From the NCBI GenBank assembly GCA_937915175.1, contig CALDNA010000050.1, positions 11,581-75,580 of the forward strand: DNA of 64,000 nt, written 5' to 3'. Both the position numbers and the translations under genes were made by a program. The DNA is from an uncultured euryarchaeote (GTDB lineage Archaea; Thermoplasmatota; Poseidoniia; Poseidoniales; Poseidoniaceae). Each line of letters begins with the position of its first letter. Position 1 is the stretch's first letter. The notes beneath the pieces are model-generated. The model worked only from the letters and a program-made list of their open reading frames with translations, searched no databases and was not told the origin of the DNA. Below, piece by piece: positions 44,252 through 52,631 of the stretch.

Positions 44252-44887
44252 ATGACGTTTTGGCATCAACGCTGGGATGACAATCAAACCGGTTGGCACC
44301 GCGATGTTGTCAATGATTTATTGATCAAGCATTGGCCAAGCCTCAACCTCGAACAGGGCACCAACGTGCTTGTGCCGTTGTGTGGCAAAAGCATCGACAT
44401 GCATTGGTTGGTGCAACAAGGGCACAGCGTTACGGGCATTGAACTCGTAGAAACGGCGGTTGAAGCTTTCTTCAACGAAGCCAAAAAGACACCAACCATA
44501 GAATCACTTGGAGAAATTAAGCGATACAAGGAGGGCAAAACAACACTGCTTCAAGGCGATGTTTTGGCGATACAACCTTCGATGGTTTCCAGCGATGCCT
44601 GGTACGATCGAGCGGCGCTCGTCGCTCTCCCTTCAGCCATGAGGCCTGCCTATGTCGATCAAATACGGGCACTTTGTCAACCAGGTTCAACAGGGCTGAT
44701 GATTACTTTTTCTTACCCGCAAAACGAAATGCAAGGACCGCCATTTTCACTTCCAGACGAAGAAGTTCTCAGATTGTTTGAACCAGAGTTTGAGGTGGAA
44801 TTGTTAGAACGCATTGCGCTTGAAGATGAGAAGCAACGGGGTTTAACGAGCGTTCATTCAGCAGTCTACAAATTGACTCGAACGTAA
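44252..44887 (+). CDS. tpm: thiopurine S-methyltransferase family (Tpm; includes Se/Te and halide methyltransferases)
   Basis: FWHQRWDDNQTGWHRDVVNDLLIKHWPSL...VLVPLCGKSIDMHWLVQQGHSVTGIEL...WYDRAALVALP tracks bacterial Tpm along the whole length. Confidence 0.9.
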   Translation: MTFWHQRWDDNQTGWHRDVVNDLLIKHWPSLNLEQGTNVLVPLCGKSIDMHWLVQQGHSVTGIELVETAVEAFFNEAKKTPTIESLGEIKRYKEGKTTLLQGDVLAIQPSMVSSDAWYDRAALVALPSAMRPAYVDQIRALCQPGSTGLMITFSYPQNEMQGPPFSLPDEEVLRLFEPEFEVELLERIALEDEKQRGLTSVHSAVYKLTRT

Positions 44888-47800
44888 TCAAACGTTGTCC
44901 CAATCAAGGTCAGTGCCTTTCAGTGGTTGGGGTTCTTCTTGCTTACCTTCTTGCTCCGCTTGTACTTCCGAAGCCCCATCGACCACGCCACCTTCAAGCG
45001 AAACAACCGCATTCTCATCGGCGGGTTCTGGGGCTTTGATTGTTCCAAACGCATCCCAAGATTCGATGAGGTCAATTTCAGCAAGCCGTGTTCGACGGCG
45101 AGCAGCGAGCAAAGCGATTCCAGTGAGGATTCCAATAAACGCAACAACGCCCGCAACCAGAATCATTGGACGGTTATCGCTGGCTGGTTCTTCGATTTTG
45201 AGGGTGACGCTGAGCACCTCAACGGTGGCGTCGTCGCCCGTTCCATCGGTTGCAATCACCTTCATGCTTGGGCGTCCAGCAGCCTCGGGTTGGAGTTCCA
45301 GCATGCCGGTCCACACGTTCTCATCTGCGCTTTGTGTCAGGTTCATCTCCCAAACTTGAAGGTTAAACTTGACCGTCACTCGCACATCATTGGTCGTTCC
45401 ATCAGCGTCTTCCATGGTGACCGATACCGTGAGTTGGTTGACTTCACCAGCGATCAACGTCGAAGGGGAGTAGAGTAAGTTGGAGAGACGCGGCAGGCTT
45501 GACTGGACCGTTAGGTTGGCAAAGACCTCATCAACACCACCTCGGCTGTCTTCGATGAAGAGTGATATTTTGTGTTCGCCTGGTAGGAATTTTACTTCAT
45601 CAAGGCTTTTTGTTGAAAGGATAACATAGGTGCCATCTGGTGCCCATTGACGCCATTCACGGGTAACCATGTCATCGTCTGCATCGGTTGATTCCTCGCT
45701 CAGATAGATCGTTCCTCCGGCTTCAATCGAGTCTCTATTTGTGGGGGTTAACATCACAGCAACTGGATCTGATTGGCCAACGGTGAGTGTGATGAACTGG
45801 CTGGAAGTAAGCCCCGTTTCATCTTCAAGGGTGATTTCCATGTTGTGGGTGCCAGCAGGGAGCATGCTGATGTGTGTTATTTCTGGCGAAACTGCAGAGA
45901 GCAGAGGTTCTGTCAACAAGTCGCTTCTCACGGTCATGGTGAAGTTGTCTCCATCGTAATCTGTCGAAGGGACTGCGTTCCAAAAGATCGAGTCCGAGGA
46001 ACGGAAGATTTGCCCATCTGCTGGTTCCACCAAGGCCAATTCGGGAGCGGATGGAGACACTTCGATGGTTCGCGTGACCACCACTGGGTCATGGATGCCG
46101 TCATCCAAACTCAAGGAGATGATGTGGGTTCCCGAGGAGAGTCGAGTGTCAAAGATCAGCCAATCCTCGCCAACAGGCGTCAGTCGCCCATCCAAGTCAC
46201 TCGACCAAACGACAATGAGGTATTCAGAGCCGGCAAATGGCTCCTGCTCAGCGCAATGCCAACTCCCATTCACGGGGAAGGTGGAGCATGCGGCGTCATA
46301 GTCGCCTGAACCGTTTGCAGAGAACCATATCAACTCTGAAGATGAATACGTTAAGGTTTCACTTGGGGTCGAGATGTCTGCTTGAGGGAACGAGTTTTCG
46401 ACAGGAACTAGCGTAGAGGAAGTCTTGGTGGCGTTAATGTGTTCAGGCCGGTCATCAACCACCCGCATCTCAATGCTATGGACGCCACGAGAAAGGTGAC
46501 CTGTCCAGACGTTTGCCCCTTCTTGGTTTGACCATCCGAGTTGCCCATCGAGGCTTGACCACCATTCAACCTCAAGGGTGTCACCTTCCGGATCGATCGT
46601 AGTGGATCCGTCAAAGGTGACCGTTTCTTGACTTTCATTCCCGTTGCGCTGAACTTCGAACACTGGTGTTGGAACTTCATTGTAAATTTCCACAGGAATG
46701 GTGTATGTTGAAGGAGCATTGATGCCATCGGAGGCATAGAGGGTCAAATCGAAGGTTGAAGGTACGGTCTCTTCCATCGTTAAATTCATCCAAATTTCAC
46801 TTGGGCAGGATGCAGATGTGGTTTCGGATTCGATGTAGGACCTCTCAATCCAGCAGGTCAATGCATCACCTTCGGGATCTGAGATTCCGCTGATGTTGAA
46901 ATGAACACTCTGTGTCCTTGGAATGATTAGTTCTGACCATGGCGTCATTGCAGGTGTGACATCAAAGACAATTGTAGGTGGTTGATTGACAAGTTCAATG
47001 GTTCTGGTTTCTGAGACACAATGCCCTGCATCGTCACACACTTCCAACGTGATGACATGAATACCATCAGATAATTGACATCCCATATTCAGATAATTTG
47101 TATTTACCGTGAATGGAACCCCATTGGTCATATCTTGTTGAGTAATTCCCTGCCCATTGCCCACTCCCTGTCCGTTACATGACGCCACAATATCACCATC
47201 GAGGTCACTTGTCCATGTGAACGAGAGTTGATCATCATCAAGGTCCCAAGAATCAGAGGCATTGAATTCCACAGGTCCTTGCGAAATGAACACTCCCGAA
47301 TCAACTGGAGTAGACCACATCACGAATGGTGGTTGGTTGGCAAGAGGCAAAATACAATTGACAAAACGGTCTTGGTCGAGCACCAATGATGTCGTGTTTG
47401 AAACACTGTCATAACCACATGAAACGCTGATGCTGTTGTCAGAAGAAGCCCCTGTGTTGGTCCATCGTTGACCGATGAAGTCAGGCAGTTGCACGTAACC
47501 AAGGTCGTTTGTCGACTCCTCAACCGAGGGTTCGAATTGTGCAAAAGAGGTGTTGACATTGGCGTTTGGAATACCGTTGGTGAAGTTGTTTACCACCCAC
47601 ACTGTGATGTCCCAAGCCACATCGATGGTGGCTGAACCAGCGATGCTTGCCAACGTCAAATCCACGTTCACTGGTTGGTGCAGGTGCAAGTCTGAGGTGC
47701 TATCGAGTTGGATTTGGTGTGCGCCCGTTGTATCGGTGAAGCCAGACCAATTGACTTGGCTGTTCTGTAAGACGATGGAACCACTGCATGCAGCGGTCAC

Positions 47801-49747
47801 GCTGTTGCCCGTTCCAGAAAGGGATATGTGATCAATGAGGGTCAAACAAGCCGTTCCTGTAAACTCAGTTCGACTGATCGAGGAAGGGAAGTTTCCATTG
47901 TTGTTGGCATCCCATTCAATGCCGCTGTGGTTGCCTGTCATTATGATTTGATCAAGGTTAGCCGCTGCATGGTTGAGGGATATCGCAGGGACATCAGGCC
48001 CTTCCAAGTCGATTGTGGCGCCGTGGAGTTGGACCCGCCCGCCTTGTTGACCAAGGGTGAGCCCTTGGTTGTCGACAAGGAGCGGTGAACGCGCTGGGTT
48101 GTTATCTGAAAGGTTGAGCCCGTACAACCACAAGTCAACTGAATTAAGCGCATAGAGGCCAGAACCGGAAGAACCGGTCACGGAACAGTTGCGGCATGTG
48201 ACGTTGCCCGAAGAGGATTCAATGTCGTTTGATTTTTCATAGAACAAACCGGCTTGATCGCCCAGAGGTGCTGTTGCAGGATCCCCGCCGTTGTCGGTTG
48301 CTGTCAGGTTTTGCAAGGTCACGTACCTCGCATCGTACACATGAGCGCCAGATTGGCCGTTTGAGGCGAGGTGCAAGCCTTCGACAATCACAGTGGCTTT
48401 GTCGATGAACAATCCGTCTCGTGTGTTGTTGTGAAGGTGCCAAGTAGAGCCTTGCATGGCTCCACCAGAAGTTGAAGAAACCCCCGGGCCGACTGAACCC
48501 GCCACGGTGAGTCCGTCGAAGTGAGGCGCAAAGAACGACGAGCGTACGGCAACACCAGCTTCATGGGGACCTTGTCCAGGATCGCCTGAATTCAGCACCG
48601 TCAGATTGCGGAAGGTCGTCGAACTGTCGACGAAATACAGCCGAACGCCAACGGTTGTTGAATCTTCAACCAGCGTGTTCTCAAACCATGCTCCGGTGGC
48701 GTTCACATCGATTGCTGCGAAACCAATGTTGGCTGTTGTAGCGCCTGGGCCGCCCGTTCCACGAACGGTGAGGTTGGTGAAATCTGCTGTTTCATAGTTG
48801 GTGTAATTGGTGTGATTCAACTTGTCGACATAGACGCCTCGGTACATGGAATTGGTCACGGTTGCGTCCTTGACCACCGCCCGAGTGTAGCCGCCATCAT
48901 CGACGTGTCGAATGACGATCCCAGTGTCTGATTTATCGATGGAGATGTTGGTCAACAGCGGTTGGCTGTCTTCGACCCAAACGCCTGCTGCCATGGCCCA
49001 AGATGAGCCACTGATGTTGTCCATGACGATGTTACGAAGCAAGCCACCAGAGCCGCCCCATATGTTGATCGCACGCGTCAAGTGATCGGTGAAGTACGCA
49101 CCATCGACGATGGGGGTTGACCCTGCTCCAATGGAGAGTCCAAGCCCGTAGCGCCAATCGTTTTGAATTGGAACCATTCGCCCTGCTTGGTCGATGTACA
49201 AATCCCGAATCACTGGGGATGAACTGCTGAACAAATCAAGTCCGACTCGGTCCGGATTGATGATGGTGAGGTTGGTGAACAAGGGGTTGCTTCCAAACAT
49301 TGTCACCCCGTAAATCCCATCTTCGATGGTGAGGTTGTGAATCACCGAGCCGCGCCCGTTGGAACTGCTGTTGAATTGGATGCCCTCATGGTCCGAAGAG
49401 GCAAACGAATACATCACAACTGGGCAACTGCTCGTTCCTTCAACCGTCAAACGCCCCTCGACGAAAATCCGTGCACCTGCACCGAGTTCAATCTGGGTGC
49501 AAGCGCTTACAATGAGTTCATCGAACACTGCAACGGTGTATGAAGTGGTGACCGTGACGGTGCCTGACCAAGTGGTTTGGGCCCTTGCTGCGGTGTAATC
49601 TATGGGTGATTCTTCCGACTCAAGCGCATCAAGTGGATTCGTCGTCATGCCCGCAAGAGGCGTGAAAAGCAACAAACAAACCAAGACAAATGCCGACCAG
49701 TGGCGATGTGTCTTGGTGTCCATGAAGTGAGGTCCATGCAAACGCAC
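44888..49747 (-). CDS. giant type-I surface protein: right-handed parallel beta-helix region plus multiple PKD/Ig-like domains, TM helix, acidic tail
   Basis: Signal peptide WSAFVLVCLLLFTPLAG. The N-terminal ~650 aa have periodic N/G/T/V-rich rungs (e.g. HNLTIEDGIYGVTMFGSNPLFTNLTIIN). Later repeated modules look like ...F.AS.S.D.DDD.L.F.W.S.LDG.... TM helix PMILVAGVVAFIGILTGIALLAA. Tail ends LKGTDLDWDNV. More than 20 N-x-S/T sequons by eye. Confidence 0.85.
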   Translation of the reverse strand: MRLHGPHFMDTKTHRHWSAFVLVCLLLFTPLAGMTTNPLDALESEESPIDYTAARAQTTWSGTVTVTTSYTVAVFDELIVSACTQIELGAGARIFVEGRLTVEGTSSCPVVMYSFASSDHEGIQFNSSSNGRGSVIHNLTIEDGIYGVTMFGSNPLFTNLTIINPDRVGLDLFSSSSPVIRDLYIDQAGRMVPIQNDWRYGLGLSIGAGSTPIVDGAYFTDHLTRAINIWGGSGGLLRNIVMDNISGSSWAMAAGVWVEDSQPLLTNISIDKSDTGIVIRHVDDGGYTRAVVKDATVTNSMYRGVYVDKLNHTNYTNYETADFTNLTVRGTGGPGATTANIGFAAIDVNATGAWFENTLVEDSTTVGVRLYFVDSSTTFRNLTVLNSGDPGQGPHEAGVAVRSSFFAPHFDGLTVAGSVGPGVSSTSGGAMQGSTWHLHNNTRDGLFIDKATVIVEGLHLASNGQSGAHVYDARYVTLQNLTATDNGGDPATAPLGDQAGLFYEKSNDIESSSGNVTCRNCSVTGSSGSGLYALNSVDLWLYGLNLSDNNPARSPLLVDNQGLTLGQQGGRVQLHGATIDLEGPDVPAISLNHAAANLDQIIMTGNHSGIEWDANNNGNFPSSISRTEFTGTACLTLIDHISLSGTGNSVTAACSGSIVLQNSQVNWSGFTDTTGAHQIQLDSTSDLHLHQPVNVDLTLASIAGSATIDVAWDITVWVVNNFTNGIPNANVNTSFAQFEPSVEESTNDLGYVQLPDFIGQRWTNTGASSDNSISVSCGYDSVSNTTSLVLDQDRFVNCILPLANQPPFVMWSTPVDSGVFISQGPVEFNASDSWDLDDDQLSFTWTSDLDGDIVASCNGQGVGNGQGITQQDMTNGVPFTVNTNYLNMGCQLSDGIHVITLEVCDDAGHCVSETRTIELVNQPPTIVFDVTPAMTPWSELIIPRTQSVHFNISGISDPEGDALTCWIERSYIESETTSASCPSEIWMNLTMEETVPSTFDLTLYASDGINAPSTYTIPVEIYNEVPTPVFEVQRNGNESQETVTFDGSTTIDPEGDTLEVEWWSSLDGQLGWSNQEGANVWTGHLSRGVHSIEMRVVDDRPEHINATKTSSTLVPVENSFPQADISTPSETLTYSSSELIWFSANGSGDYDAACSTFPVNGSWHCAEQEPFAGSEYLIVVWSSDLDGRLTPVGEDWLIFDTRLSSGTHIISLSLDDGIHDPVVVTRTIEVSPSAPELALVEPADGQIFRSSDSIFWNAVPSTDYDGDNFTMTVRSDLLTEPLLSAVSPEITHISMLPAGTHNMEITLEDETGLTSSQFITLTVGQSDPVAVMLTPTNRDSIEAGGTIYLSEESTDADDDMVTREWRQWAPDGTYVILSTKSLDEVKFLPGEHKISLFIEDSRGGVDEVFANLTVQSSLPRLSNLLYSPSTLIAGEVNQLTVSVTMEDADGTTNDVRVTVKFNLQVWEMNLTQSADENVWTGMLELQPEAAGRPSMKVIATDGTGDDATVEVLSVTLKIEEPASDNRPMILVAGVVAFIGILTGIALLAARRRTRLAEIDLIESWDAFGTIKAPEPADENAVVSLEGGVVDGASEVQAEQEGKQEEPQPLKGTDLDWDNV

Positions 49748-49840
49748 TTCAAGGATTCGGCTTCGTGTGCTTCATTCTAGCACTCGACGTACAAGACCTT
49801 GATTCGCAACCAATAAGGCGGGACCGTTGCTGGACGGAGC

Positions 49841-50074
49841 ATGCCTGAGGCGTTTGTGTTGTTCAAAACCCTACCTTCTCACGAGCGAGAGGTGTACCTT
49901 GCGCTCAGCGAACACGCATCAATTGCTGAAGTCCATGCTCTGTATGGGGAGTTTGATCTCCTTGTCCGCGTCAGTTCGGAAAACGCAGGAGAACTGACTT
50001 CTCTGTTGATGCGAGAATTTCGCCAAATCTCTGGCGTGAAGGAAACTCAAACGCTTATTGCGGTCGAATACTGA
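49841..50074 (+). CDS. stand-alone RAM domain protein (Lrp/AsnC ligand-binding domain only), copy 1
   Basis: 77 aa: AFVLFKTLPSHEREVYLALSEHASIAEVHALYGEFDLLVRVSSEN...ISGVKETQTLIAVE. This is the beta-alpha-beta-beta-alpha-beta RAM pattern with no HTH. Confidence 0.8.
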   Translation: MPEAFVLFKTLPSHEREVYLALSEHASIAEVHALYGEFDLLVRVSSENAGELTSLLMREFRQISGVKETQTLIAVEY

Positions 50075-50083
50075 GGTGAAGTT

Positions 50084-50317
50084 ATGGCAATTGGATTTGT
50101 TTTGATTACAACACAACCGGGACGAGAACACGATGTTCGTGCAAAACTTGACAGCATCGAGTACGTGACAGATCGTTGGATGTTGTTTGGTGAATACGAT
50201 TTGATCGCTCGGGTGCAAGCGGATGATGAGTACACCCTCACACGGTGCATCGTCGAAGACATTCGAGTCATCGAAGGCATTGCCGACACCAAGACACTCA
50301 TTGGCGCCGAACTTTGA
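50084..50317 (+). CDS. stand-alone RAM domain protein, copy 2 (tandem paralogue)
   Basis: 77 aa: GFVLITTQPGREHDVRAKLDSIEYVTDRWMLFGEYDLIARVQADD...IEGIADTKTLIGAE. Starts 9 nt after copy 1. Confidence 0.8.
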   Translation: MAIGFVLITTQPGREHDVRAKLDSIEYVTDRWMLFGEYDLIARVQADDEYTLTRCIVEDIRVIEGIADTKTLIGAEL

Positions 50318-52579
50318 TCACAGCAGCAAATGAAGCTGTGATTCCAGAGACTTTGCGGCGCGCGGGCAACCTGCTGCTCGATGCAGAGTAATCGCTTCGC
50401 GCAATGCAATGCGTCGCATGTTTGGCTCTAACTTTGATTTGCAGGTCCACCAGCGAGCATGAAGGCGATGGAGGGTGGCGCTGTTGGAAGAGGCCGTTGG
50501 CTCAGCCGTTGCTGAAAATGCGTTTTTTGCTTTTTCCACATCCGTTTCGCTCAAGAACTCGACGAGTGAGAGGCGCAGCCCATCCGCTCGAACCGAATTG
50601 GTCTGTCCTTCGATTGCGTCTTGCATTTCTTGAACCGCTTTCGCCCGCTCGTTGGCAGTTTGAGCGGAAAGCAGGTGGGCTTTTGCTTCCATGCCCTGCA
50701 ACAGAGGTTGGGCGAGCCCTCCAATTCCAGCAAGGGAAGTTCTGAGGCGTTGAGCCTTTTCGAAATCGCCCCCTCGCAAGGCTAGAGCATGTTGAATCAT
50801 GGACATGGCCACAATCGTCACTGAACGCTCATCCGAAGCCTGTTCGGAAATGTCGACTATGGACAAGTAGTGCTTGATGTCCTTTGACAGCGATGCATCT
50901 TCCTGTCCAAACACGCAATCATCGAGCCGACGAGCGGCGGCGGCGAGGGCCATACGGTTGGCTTCACTCGGGGCATCGGAAGTCAGACCGGCTTCAATGA
51001 GTTCCTCCGCATCGGAAACCCTGCCTTCCAGCATCGCCAAGCCAAGGGCGACTTGACGTGACTTCGCCGCATCTTCAATCCCCTCAAGGTGTCGACGAAC
51101 GTGGTCTGGTTCGCACCGCTCAATGGCCACCTTACCAGCAAGGTAGTGCAAATGTGAAGGCGCTGAAGACACTTTGATCGCCTGTTCGAGCAGAACTGAA
51201 AATGCACCAGAGTGCGTCTCCAACAATGGCGCCATTTCTGAATCAAGTTGGGCATCGATCCCTTCTTCAAGGCTGGCGATTCGATGATAGAGCAAGATGA
51301 CATGGTCGTCGGCGGTTTCTGCTAACGCCTTCCAATGTTCGACTGCTGCCTTATGCAATTGCCGTTTTGCATCTTCGTCGAGGGCAGAACGGCGCACATT
51401 TCGCACCAAATGTTGGATTTCCATTTTTTCAAGGTTTGAAGTCCAACGCAAAAAGGCATAATCATCCAAGGTACCAACAACTTCGCTGTCAAACGCCTTT
51501 TTGGCTTCAATGGGCATTGGCACCATGACGATGTGATCAAGGCCCGAACGGGTGGATTCGTCGAGGGTGGAAAGAACAACATCCTCCACATAAGATTGGA
51601 CATCCGCTCCAGCCTCTGGCAGCGGCGCCCCGTCTTCATGAAGTAAAATGGCCAGTGGGTGACCACCAAGGCTCTCTGCGACATGGAGCCGTTCGCCTTC
51701 CTCGAGTGATTCGCCCAACAGCAGTGCTGCGTCTTTGACTTCGAGTGCTGGAACGGTGATGCGGGGCAGTTGGTCCGCAAAGGAAAATGGCTCCCTGCCA
51801 ATCAACAGCATGTGAGCGGCTTGAGCGCTGTCAAGAAGACCGCAGAAGGAACTGATGGAATCGCTGTGGCGTTCCGGAATCAGGTGTGCGTCATCAATGA
51901 CCAAGACTTCTCCCTTGCATTTGAGGGCGGCAAATTCAGCAAGCGCTTCGTGGTTTTTCGGAAGTGGATCCTTGAATCCCCATTGTTGGCACAGGGCGTG
52001 GAGATCTGTAAAGTCGTCAACTGAGGCCCATCGGACGTTTGTTCCCGAGGCAAGGAGTTCCTCACTCACAAGACCGCCGAGGGTTGTTTTCCCAATGCCT
52101 GGAAGGCCACTGAGGACCAAACAATGCTGTTCTTGAATGTTCTTGATCACTTTTTCTGCAAGGTGAAGACGTCCGTGGATTTCTCCGAGGTGAGGGAGAT
52201 TTCCGAATGATTTCCCGCGAGAGGTTTTCTTCGTTTTCTTTTCATCACCCAGTTGCTCAAACGCTTTTCGGCCTGATTCGGTGAGATGATACACATGCCT
52301 TCGCCTTGAACCGCCACCGATGACGTGAGCCTTTCGCTTGAAAACAAGCCCGTTGTCTTCGAGGCTATTGAGCGGGGAGTTCAACGCACTGCGCACCACA
52401 CCCAGTGCTTCGCTGATTCCGGGAAGCGATAGGTGTCGAGTCACGTCCCATGCCTTTTCCATGGTTGGTGAAAAACCACCAAGCCAGCGTAATATACGCT
52501 CCTGTGGTGCTGAAATGGAATCAACCATGGCACTTCCCATGAACGAGCCGCTTTCTAACCACCGCTTTCCATGCATCAA
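50318..52579 (-). CDS. STAND NTPase of the NB-ARC/AP-ATPase type with an N-terminal winged-helix DNA-binding domain and a C-terminal helical-repeat (TPR-like) sensor region
   Basis: wHTH: LSLPGISEALGVVRSALNSPLNSLEDNGLVFKRKAHVIGGGSRRRHVYHLTESGRKAF. Walker A VLSGLPGIGKTTLG, Walker B EVLVIDDAH, and GxP motif SLGGHPLAILL. About 400 aa of Ala/Leu-rich helical repeats follow. Confidence 0.8.
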   Translation of the reverse strand: MMHGKRWLESGSFMGSAMVDSISAPQERILRWLGGFSPTMEKAWDVTRHLSLPGISEALGVVRSALNSPLNSLEDNGLVFKRKAHVIGGGSRRRHVYHLTESGRKAFEQLGDEKKTKKTSRGKSFGNLPHLGEIHGRLHLAEKVIKNIQEQHCLVLSGLPGIGKTTLGGLVSEELLASGTNVRWASVDDFTDLHALCQQWGFKDPLPKNHEALAEFAALKCKGEVLVIDDAHLIPERHSDSISSFCGLLDSAQAAHMLLIGREPFSFADQLPRITVPALEVKDAALLLGESLEEGERLHVAESLGGHPLAILLHEDGAPLPEAGADVQSYVEDVVLSTLDESTRSGLDHIVMVPMPIEAKKAFDSEVVGTLDDYAFLRWTSNLEKMEIQHLVRNVRRSALDEDAKRQLHKAAVEHWKALAETADDHVILLYHRIASLEEGIDAQLDSEMAPLLETHSGAFSVLLEQAIKVSSAPSHLHYLAGKVAIERCEPDHVRRHLEGIEDAAKSRQVALGLAMLEGRVSDAEELIEAGLTSDAPSEANRMALAAAARRLDDCVFGQEDASLSKDIKHYLSIVDISEQASDERSVTIVAMSMIQHALALRGGDFEKAQRLRTSLAGIGGLAQPLLQGMEAKAHLLSAQTANERAKAVQEMQDAIEGQTNSVRADGLRLSLVEFLSETDVEKAKNAFSATAEPTASSNSATLHRLHARWWTCKSKLEPNMRRIALREAITLHRAAGCPRAAKSLESQLHLLL

Positions 52580-52631
52580 TCAAAGTGACTCAAGGGGTTT
52601 CCTTTTTTGGGGGCGGCGACGAGCAGAACGC

